The translations under genes and the position numbers were made by a program. A stretch of DNA of 64,000 nucleotides, taken from Octopus vulgaris. Its lineage: Eukaryota. Every line of letters begins with the position of its first letter. Positions within the stretch are counted from its first letter, which is position 1. Below the pieces are notes generated by a model. That model ran no database searches. It saw only the letters and a program-made list of their open reading frames with translations, and was not told where the DNA came from. The stretch covers positions 113,646,001-113,710,000 of the forward strand of contig OX597818.1 in NCBI GenBank assembly GCA_951406725.2, read 5' to 3'. Shown piece by piece: positions 1 through 11,200 of the stretch.

Positions 1-328
1 ACTCAAAATATGAGTATATGTATATTTTTCAGTTCTATATTTAAGAGATAAGGAATTATGTACATTATTTACATAATTTTACATTTGACGGATATTTGTT
101 CTCATCTTGTTTGTTGTTAACACAATGTTTCAGCTGATATACCCTCCAGCCATCATCAAGTTAAAATAATAGACAGAGAATACCACTGGAAAATACAAAA
201 ACTAAAAGCAACACATATGTTAGGACACAATAACCTCCTAAGCAGACTGAGTGCAGATATGGGAATCGGTATTAAGGATAGGAGGATATTAGATTTATAA
301 GCCTTAAAATTCACTCCTTAGTTGCCCA

Positions 329-560
329 TGGATATATGGCTTAGTGGTTAAGAGCATGGGCTACTAACACTAAGATTCCAAGTTCGATTCCAGACAGTGA
401 CCTGAATAATAATAATAATAATATTGAAAAATACATTAGGAATGAGAACCCAGGTTTGAAATTTCCCCAAGACACCTGATGAAGGCTATATCAGCTGAAA
501 CGTTAACGACAAACAAGATGAGGACAAATATCCGTCAAATGTAAATAATGTATATATTTA
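329..560 (+). mobile_element. tRNA-headed short element ending in a Penelope-type hammerhead-bearing repeat
   Basis: A box TGGCTTAGTGG (337-347), B box GTTCGATTCC (382-391), (AAT)n, then ACAC-CTGATGA...GAAACGTT (472-504). The 3' part recurs inverted at about 27-160 and direct at 8255-8340. Confidence 0.6.
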
Positions 561-1353
561 TTAACATTTAGCAGAAGTAACAGAGTGACTCAAGGTCCGA
601 GAGTTTTGTGCATTGATAGATAAGTGCATGAGAGTCTCAGACCTTGAGTCACTCTGTTACTTCCACTAAATGTTAATAAAACTAAATATGTATATGTATG
701 TATTTATTATACATATATACACACTAAAAAGTTTGATAATACAAACAGGATAGTAGAACTTGAAACATGAATATTTTTTATTTAATCAATAGAAGTTACA
801 AAGTTATTCAATGGCAGAGAGTTTAGTACATTCCCACTTCATTACTTTCTAACTTTTGCCAATTAAATAAATAATATGTACATTTATGCCAGAGCGCTTG
901 ACTGGCACCAATGCCGGTGGCACGTAAATAGTACATTGCCAGTGCCGCCTGACTGGCACCCATAAAAAGCACCCACTACACTCTCGGAGTGATTAGCGTT
1001 AAGAAGGGCATTCAGCTGTAGAAATCTTGTCAAATCAGATTGGAGCCTGGTGCAGCTTCCTGGCTTGCCAGTTCTCAGTCAAACCCATGTCAGCATGGAA
1101 AGCAGATGTTAAACAACGATGATGATGATGATGATGATATATATTATGTAGACAAGCAAAAACTCAGTAGAGTTACATTTCTTAATAAGTTTGACTCAGC
1201 TGCAACATGGTTTCAAATTTTGTGGGTGCATAATGGATTGGAGACAAATTCAAAAGTTTGTTGAAGCAAGATCAGACGAATGCAGCTGAACCTTGGATAT
1301 TTATTAAGCAAATTACATCCATCGTTGCTCGTTGATTGAGAGCCTTCTGGTAT

Positions 1354-2276
1354 TTAGGAATTAAAATTTGGTTTGTTAGTCCAAGAATTAACATTGCCTG
1401 CTTGTTGAGGAGGCCACTGGTTGTTATTGGGAAGAAATCCTTGTGTCTGAGCAAAAGATGATTGTGAATTTTGAGTCCAGTTTGGTGCATTTGGAGGTGG
1501 GTTGTTTGGGATTGTGGAAGATGGTTGGCTTGTGGAATTTGAGGAGGAGCTATTCAAAGTATTTGGTGGGGGAACGCTAAAAGGATTTGAAGACCAATTG
1601 GTAGGCCAATTTGAAGACCAGGCATTAGGATTAATTTGTGATGAGCCCTGAGAGATATTTTGTGCTGAAATGTTTGGAGTATTTTGAGACCAACTATTAG
1701 GATTATTTTGGGTCCAACTATTCAGTGCAGGCCAGTTATTAGGGGTCATTTGAGTTGAACTGTTTGGGGTATTTTGGAATGAAGTGTTAGGATTATTTTG
1801 GGACCAATTGTTTGGAACATTCGAGGACCAGTTATTTGGGGTATTCTGAGACCAGTTATTTGGAGTACTTTGAGACCAACTGTTTAAGGTATTCTGAGAC
1901 CAATTATTTGGGGTATTCTGAGACCAACTATTTGGGGTATTCTGAGACCAACTGTTTGGAGTACCTTGAGGCCAATTGTTTGGAGTATTTGGCCATTTGT
2001 TAGGAGCATTTGTAGAAGGCCAGTTATTGGTCCCAGTTTGGCCCCAACTGTTTGCAGAATTTGAGGGCCACTGGTTAGGCGGATTTGTGGACCAATTGTT
2101 AGATGGATTTAGAGGTCTGTTGCCAAAGGTGTTTGGAAACCTATTGCTAGAGGCTTGAAAAGATTGAGGTTTTGGATCTTTTGGTGGCCAACTGGTATAA
2201 GCACTAGAATGCCAATTGTTGGATTGTTGTGGCCTGGATTTTTGTTCATTTCGGTGGCCTTGATGACTGACACCCT
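1354..2276 (-). CDS. NAF1: NAF1 exon 9 (N/S/P/Q/W-rich repeat C-terminus)
   Basis: Poly-T acceptor tttttcag|AG GGT; about 306 codons open to TAA at 1356-1354; candidate AATAAA at 1305-1300 on the minus strand. Confidence 0.85.
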
Positions 2277-5200
2277 CTGAAAAAAAAACAAAATAATAAT
2301 AATAATGGTACACATTAGTACAAAGCTACAAATCTTTAAAGAGTGGCTTAACTGACTGAACCAACCCCAATACCGGAGCTATTTAATCAATTCCAGCACA
2401 TGTGCTACTGTACTAAATCCAGCTCATAAGTGTTTCATTAACCTGAGAAGAATATAAAGGCAAGAATGCATTAAGGCAGGATTTGTAACCAGAAAATAGA
2501 GGGACACAATTGAAAAGTTAGAGGTTTCATCAGATGTCCTACCATTTGTTCCACTACACACTCGACCTCTTCACTGTCTGTGACCCACTTTTAGAATAGG
2601 TACACCATCACCTTGCATGTCATAAAAGGTGACCAAACGGGCATCAGCTGTAAAGCGTTGCATGAGAAAAACCTGTCAATCACCATGCCAACAAGAAAAG
2701 GCAGATAAAAAAACGATGGTAGGTTATCTCCCCCCACACAGATGCAAACTCTTAACCATCCATCCATCCAGAACTTCTCTTCCTATTCTCTCTTATAATT
2801 TTGTACTTTCAAAACTACGTCCTAATACCGTCTTACCACAATGTTTATCTCACTTTCCAGTTACTCCCATCCACCCTTACATCACACACAGAATACACAG
2901 TAGCCATGCATCGTCTCTACTGCAAGACACCCATTCTAGTCTGTCCCACTCAAAACTTGCCAGTGCTTCCTGACTGGCTCCCGTTCCAGTGGCACATGAA
3001 AAGCACCCACTACATTCTCGGAGTGGTTGGCATTAGGAAGGTCATCCAGCTGTAGAAACATGGCCAGATCAGATTGGAGCCTGGTACGGCCTCCTGGCTT
3101 GCCAGTCCTCCATCAAACTGTCCAACCCATGCCAGCATGGAAAGCAGACATTAAACGATGATGATGATGATGATTACATCCCCCATAATGTAGCGGTTTA
3201 ACAAAAGGGACCAATAAAATAAGTACAATGGAGTCAATTTGCTTGGCTAAAACCTTCAAAGCGGTGCCCTAGTATGGGCACAGTCAAATGACTGAAACAA
3301 TCAAAAGATAATGGATATGTCTAACATGGCTTATAGTCCAAAGAGGATAACAACATACAGATAGCATTTATAAGGACAAAAGAAATAAAATTGTACCAGA
3401 TTTCTTCTTGTAGTTTCTACTATTCTTCTGCGTCACTGGAGATTTATTTCTGCAAAAAAGATTTTTAAAAATATCAATAACTGATTTCAAAGAGAAAAAA
3501 GAAAATATGATGGCTGTGTGGTAAGAAGCTTCTTTTCCAACCACATGGTTCCATGTTCAGTCCCACTGCATGGTACCTTGGGCAAGTGTCTTCTACTACA
3601 GCCCCAGGCCAACCAAAGCCTTGTAAGTGGATCTGATAGATGGAAACTGAAAGAAGCCCATCGTGTGTGTGTATATATATAAAAGTGCACGAGTGGCTGT
3701 GTGGTAAGCCGCTTGCTTACCAACCACATGTTTCCGGGTACAGTCCCACTGTGTGGCACCTTGGGCAAGTGTCTTCTACTATCGCCCCAGGCCAACCAAA
3801 GCCTTGTAAGTGGATACGGTATATGAAAACTGAAAGAAGCCCACACAATCGCTTGTCAACCGATGTTGGTGTGCTTACATCCATGTAACTTGGCAGTTCG
3901 GCAAAAGAGACCAATAGAATAAGTACTAGGCTTACAAAGAATAAGTCCTAGGGTCGGTTTGTTCATATAAAGGTGTTGCTCCAGCATGGTCGCAGTCAAA
4001 AGACTGAAACAAGTAAAAGAGTATACTTTACACAGAACACAGGCCTGGCTGTGTAGTTAAGAGGCTTGCTTTGCAACCTCATAGCTTTGAGTTCAATCCA
4101 GTTGTGTGATATCTAGGGCAAGTATCTTCTACTATATAGCCCTTGGTTGACCGATGCCTTGTGAGTGATTCTGTATACAGAAACTGAATGGAAGACCATC
4201 ATTTGTGTGTGTGCATGTGTGTTTGGTTTGGTTTGGTTTATCTCTCGTCACCATTTAACTGGTGTTTGTTTTGGTCTCCAAAACTTAGTAGAATGGCAAG
4301 GGACTCCGATAAGGGACCACACTTGTACTGGGGCTGATTTGTTTGACTATGCCCTTCGAGGCAGTGCCCCAGCATGGCCGCGGTCCACTGACTGAAGCAA
4401 GAGAAAGATCAAAGCTAAAATACATGTATGTCTTCTAGATTTTAGGATGGTTATATCGCATCCCTATATTGTCATCAGAGGGAATTAAAAACGCTGACAT
4501 CATGAAGAGTATTCAACCAGAAAATACAGCCTCACAAAATCCCATCCTACTCATGCCAGCATAGAAAAGTGGATACAAAAATGATATTTTTTTGTTTCAG
4601 TCATTTGACTGCAACCATGCTGGAGCACCGCCTTTTAATCAAACAAAGCGGTCACCCCACGCCCCGTACTGTTTCTACTTCGCAGATTTTCACCTACCGT
4701 GGCGTGTTTGCAATGTAATACTCGCCACAGTCGAGGGAGTTACTGTACCTCGAGTGTAACCCTCATGGGCATTTAGCGCAAAGGGAGGTAACCCATTACA
4801 TAGAGGGACGTAATTCCAGTTAAACCATTCGACAAATACAGACGAGGACTAGACTAAGTGATATACCGTATTTTAACGTGTATAAGCAACACTCATTTTG
4901 GGGGCTTAAAATTTGGAAAAAAGGTTTTGTAAGGGATTATAATATTATCCATATATAAGAAACTCCCATATTTTTTTAACCTGATTTTTTGACAAAAAAG
5001 GGTTCCTTATGTTAAAATATGGAAATTGTTATGATTAACTAAAAATTCTTAAAACAATGCCCCAGCATGGCCGCAGTCCAATGTCTGAAGTCAATAAATA
5101 GAACAAGAACAAAATAACAAATTCCTTACTTCAAATAGAATGGATTGTTGGAATCTTTCTTTCGGCGTGCCTGGTTTTGATCGTTCTTGTTCGCATCATC

Positions 5201-8200
5201 ACTTCCAGAATTGTCATCATGGGGTTTCTTTTTATTCTTCTTCATCAAACGTTCTTGTTCATCGTCAGAATAATCTAAGAACTAAATGTGAAGCATACAA
5301 AACAAGATTTAAGAGAAAAATAAAAGAGAGAAGAAATGGCAAAGAAATACAAGACCTCATAGAATTAACAAAAGATTACAGATAACATCAGTTGGACCAG
5401 ACACAAGAATCACAAAGTTTGGAAATTCTTAATTTCGTAACAATTTTTACAGGAACCACCGAAAGACAGAGCTTGAATATTACAATAACGAGTAACATTA
5501 AGCACAGGATATTAATCTGAACAATCACCATTCGAGTATGGTCGATGCCAGTGCCGCCAGACTGGTCCTGTGCCAGGACATGTAAAAAGCACCATTCGAA
5601 TGTGGTCACTGCCAGTGCTGCCTGAGTGGCTCCCATGACTGGGGCATGTAAAAAGCACCATTCGAGTGTGGTCGTTGCTAGTGTCGCCTCTCTGGCTCCC
5701 ATGCCGGTGGAACATATAAAGCACCATTCAAGCATGGTCAATGCCAATACCGCCTGACTGGAACCCATGCCTGGGGCACGTAAAAAGCACCCACTATATT
5801 ATCGGAGTGGTTGGTATTAGGAAGAGCATCCAGCTATAGAAACTTAGGCAGATCAGATCGGAGCCTGGTGCAGCCTTCTGGCTTGTCAGTCAAACCATGT
5901 CCTCAGTCAAACCATGTCCTCTTGACGACCATTGTCAGGTACAGGCATGGCTGCGTAATAAAAGGAGCTCATTGAGATGAGCTGCTGGATTACTTTGTCA
6001 AATGTGATGCTTATTTATTCATGTTGTTTGGAATTAATCATGGATTATATCATAGCTTCAAGATTTTGATGATGTAATTGTTAAGTTTTAGAATGACATT
6101 GTAGGGTTGGTGTGAGAGGTTGAATCTGACCAATTTGAAAATAAAACAAATAGAATATTGGGTCAGATATGGCAAAAATGAGTTAGACCTGTATTGTAGT
6201 TCAAAGGGCAAGCCTTGTTACATTTTGTGCAACACTGAATCTCCCTGAGAACTATATTAAGGGTTCACTTATCTGTGGTGTATTCAACCACTGGCACATT
6301 AACTTCATGAACAGGCTTTCCATTGATTGGATCAACTGGAAACCTTGTTGTTATAACTGATGGAGAGCTTTAGCAATTAAACCAGTCATATCCAGCCAAA
6401 ATATTCTGCCTGTTTTATATTCAAACTGGCCAGATCCAACCTCTTGCACCAACCCTTTGATATCATTCTAAATATTAGCAGTTACCTCATCAAAATCTCA
6501 AAGCTACAAAATAATGCAAGCTTAATTGAAGCTATGTGAATAAAGAAGCAATCTATTTGACAGAATAATGTGACCGCTAAAGGGTTAAAGTTATACTTAG
6601 ACCATTTTGAATGTTAGCAGGCCAGAAATGTTAACATGCCACACAAAATGCTTAGACATTTCTTCCGGCTTTACACTTTGAGTTCAAATTCTGCCAAGGT
6701 GAACTTTGCCTTTCATCCTGTCAGAGACGAACAATGGGGTTGATATAATGAACTGGTATGCCTCCTAAAATTCAAACCCTTGGACTACACCAGGTGCAAT
6801 TACTTGGGACCTGAATAAACAGCTTTGTCCGAGTTGATTTAATGGGTTTTAACTGGCCATTTGACCATGGAGTAGAAATACCAGGCATTATGAAACTATT
6901 TAACTAACGAAAGATTTTGAGTGACTCAGCTACAGTAAAATACATTTACAATAATTAACAAAGAGTCTTAATAAGATCTTTTATGACACAATAAAAGGTG
7001 ATTTGCACCAATCAGTTTATATTTAGGCTTAAGGAATAAAGAAAAAAACCAATAACAAGAAAAGCATCTAACCTTTTCTGGAGGTTCCAAGTCATGTTCC
7101 CAGGATGCATCAGAACCCTTTTGTCTAGAGAGAGAGAGGGAAAAAAACAGGGGAGAATCACAAAGTGAATTATTTCTTGAAAGGAAAAAAAAGATATCAG
7201 CCAAACAATTTAAGACTACAATGAATTATTAACTCAAAATTAAAAAGAAAAAAAGCACATTTGAGCGAAGTCATTGCCAGTGCCGCTGGACTGGCTCCTG
7301 TGCAGGTGACATGTAAAAAACACCATTTGAGCGTGGCTGTTGCCAGTAGCGCCTGACTGGCCCTCGTGCTAGTAGGGTGACAAGAGCACCATCGAGCACC
7401 ATCCGAGCGTGATCATTGTCAGAGTGGCTAACTGGCTTCCATGCCGGTGGCACTTAAAAGGGCACCATTCGAGCGTGATCGTTACCAGTGTAGCCTTACT
7501 GGCACCCATGCCGGTGGCATGTGTAAAAAGATTCGAGCGAGATCGTTGCCAGTACCACTCTCGGAGTGGTTGGCATTAGGAAGGGCATCCAGCTGTAGAA
7601 ACTCTGCCAGATCAAGATTGGAGCCTGGTGCAGCCATCTGGTTCGCCAGCCCTCAGTCAAAATCGTTCAGCCCATGCTAGCATGGAAAGCGGACGTTAAA
7701 CGATGATGATGATGATGATGTATGTCTCTTCAGCATCTTGTCCATTTGGCTTTATGCCCGTTCAGCTTGTCCTTCGGCAAAATTGCATTCGGCATCCCAT
7801 CCGTGTACCTATGATTTAGGTGAGGGGCATGGAACCATTTACTGACCCCCTAACAATTCCATTTATTGATCTCTCTCGGTCAACTTCTATTTGGTGTACT
7901 AGACACATTTCAAAACATTCTTTCACGTATATTCCACCTACAGCTTCAGAAACTAGTCTCTTCAGAAAGTTTTCTACTATAAATCAGGACAGTGATTTCT
8001 AAAACTGCAAAATATCCAGTATTTATCCATGTGGAAGATTTTGCTGTTTTGTAAACTTTTCTAATCCATGCCAGCAGGGAAAAGGTGGGCATAAAAGCAA
8101 TCTTGATAACCTCTTAAACCAATCTGTCTACTTCTTACCACGCTGACCACTGCTTCTCTTTGTAGGTATAACATGTAAGATATCTTTTGGAACAACCACT

Positions 8201-11200
8201 TGTCTTTCAGTTCTATATTCAAGCGATGAGGAATTATGTACATTATTTACATTAATGAAGGCTGGAGGGTATATCAGCCGAAACGCTGTGTTAACAACAA
8301 ACAAGATGAGGACAAATATCCATCAAATGTAAATAATGAACCACTTGTCTGAATACCAGAGAATTCCACTCCAATGTCTCCATCTTGACTAATAACAGCA
8401 CCAACCTAACTTACTTCACAAACCTAACACAATGAAACTCCTATTCAACAAGTTTTGGAAAAAATTCCTTTTATTTTGTTACATTCCGAGTCAAAAGTTA
8501 CATAAAAGCAGAAACTTACTTCATTAAGTCCTGTACAAACACATAGTTTGTATACTTTATCTCTTTAGGGGCATAGTAAATTTCTGTGCCAACTTTCAAA
8601 CCCTTTTCTTCGATATCTTGAGTGGTGTTAAACCGAACAGAATACAAAGGGTTCCGTACAGGACCAAATATTTCAAACACCTGTTAGAAATTAGAAAAAA
8701 GAAAAGGTAAAAGAAAATTACAGGTAAACTGCTTAATCAACATTTCACTGCTCCAACATGAAAACCAATTTAGCCCTGCAAGAATGGCAAAAATGGATGG
8801 GAATTCATTTTATTGGTTGCTTAGTTGACACACTTCATTGTATCATCATTTTCATACACTGTATTAAAAGGAAAAAAAGTTTTAACAAGTGAAACAGTGT
8901 AATCCAGAACAAACAGGCAATGTTCTACGTTTACAGATTTCACATGATTTTCCTTCAACAAAGGGCCCAGCCCCAAAACGTCAGACATCATCTCTTCCAC
9001 ATGGCAAACTAACTTTTTTCTGTTTTAACCGTTTATATTCATTTTTTTTTTCATTCTATTTTTCATATTTACACCTATTTCAGTCATTAAACTGCAGCCT
9101 TGCTGAAGAATTTTGGTCAAAAGAATCAACTCCAGAACATATTTTTTTTAAGCCTGGTATTGATTTCATCAGTCTCTTTTCCCAAATTTCTAAGTTAATG
9201 AGGACATAAACACATCAACACCAAATGTCAAGCAGTAGTGGAGAACAAACATACATATATACACAACAGGGTTCTTTCAGTTTCCATCTACCAAATCCAC
9301 TCACAAGGCTTTGATCAGCCTGAGGCTATAGTAGAAGACATTTGCCCAAGTTTCCACGCAGTGGGACTGAACCTGGAACTATGTGGTGGGGAAGCAAACT
9401 TCATACCACACAGCCAAGCCGACACCTATATTCCTTTGTTTCAATCATTTGATTTAATAGTTAAATGAAGGTTACACTGTCATCAAGGGATTCTGAACTA
9501 ACTCAAAGGAAATCAAATTTTGGGATTACAGTGTAACCTTCATTTAACTAAGGTATCTTCAGCCTGATGAGTAGCTAGTGGAATATTCCTCTTTGAGTAA
9601 TTATTATTTTCAAGGTTCTACTAGCTAGGAAACATATGCAGCCTGGATCTTACCGGCTCCATTCCCTCAATTTAGATTGTGTGTGTGCATTTCTACCGAA
9701 TTCACTGTTTGACAAATTGATTAGTTTATTTCCCTATGACTTAGCAGTTTGGCAAAAGTGCCCAATAGGGTAAGTACCTGTCTTAAATAGAAACAATGTA
9801 CTGAAGTTGGTTTGTTTCACTAAGGCTGTGCTCCAGCATGGCTACAGTCCAATGACTGAAACAAGTAGAAAAGATTAATGATATAAAAAAAAACCAAAAA
9901 CCTAAACAACATCCAGAAATTTGTAAAAGAGTCATTTCTAGAATCTTCCTACCTGTCCCAAGGAGGTTCGGTCCTCTAGAAACAATATGCTGTCATCGTT
10001 GAGTGGAGAAGTTTCCGAATCAAGGGACTGGATTACAACTGGAAAACAATTCAAGTAGAAATGAGACACCGAAAGATATACAGAAAAATGGTTCCATACT
10101 CTATATTTTGCCAACCTGTCTTGGCAAAAGGAACCAATAGTATAAGGAGCAGACTTGAAGAGAAACTTAACTGTTGGGGTCAATGTCTTCAACAGAAACC
10201 CTTCAAAGTGGTGCCCCAGCATGGACTCAGTCCAATGATTGAAGGGAACAAAAGATTCTTCCACTTTTCCACAAGAAAAACAGAACCAATCTCTTCAAAA
10301 GTATAAATTTCTTTTTTTTTTTTTGAGATTTAGATATTTTTAAAAAGAACTTCGAATAAAAACACTAATTATTTTTATATTTTTTCAAATTTACTTTATC
10401 CATATTGGTGTTGAAGAATATTGTTAAAATTCATTGGCTAAGTTGAGCACAGTTTAAATAAACCCTTGATTCAGAATGAAATGATTTGTTTTAAGCATCC
10501 TTGATAAGAATCAACTTTGAACTGTGACAAGAGCTAAGAAGGATCCTTTAATGAGACCAATCAATCTGCATGAAATAGGTGGTAAATCTCCTTCAAACCA
10601 CACCTTAGCATCTTACGAAAGAATAGACTGGATATTGTAGTGTCTGACAAAAGTCAGGATGGTCATGGTTTGAATGCTTTTGGTCATAGTTCCACTGAAT
10701 AAGTGCTAAATCACAGCCACCATATTTTCTGACATACAAATCATTGTAATGTAAACATTCGAACATCATTACTGTATCTTTCTAAATCCTGCTGCATTTC
10801 ATGCAGGAATTTTGGTCCTCCAAAGTCATCTTGATGTATAAGTCATCCTACCTGTTTTGGCTGTAAATTTTGGTCTGAAGAATTCCACTTATATGCCAGA
10901 AAATATGGCAAACATTAATAACCTTTATAAAGTAGATAATATCTGTTTACTTTATATGTCTACATAAACCCTTTCATTACCATCCTGGCTGAAACCAGCT
11001 CTGGCTATGAGTACAAATGTCTTGTTTTCATAAGTTCTGAATTAAAATCTTCCACTAAACCTTAGTCACAATTTATGTTCCTAATACTAGCTTAATGATA
11101 ACTAAGTTATTTTACTAAATTCTTTGTTACATTTAAAGTAATTGAAAGAAACACAGAGGATCTCAAAATAAATACAGTAACGAAAGGGTTAACATACATA

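Noticed and set aside
329-400. tRNA-like sequence
   Set aside because: A/B boxes are present but there is no closing acceptor stem; it is a SINE-like head, not a tRNA gene.
5528-5800. Regularly spaced repeats resembling a CRISPR array
   Set aside because: The whole 66-bp unit repeats with no unique spacers; eukaryotic retroposon UTR, no cas genes.
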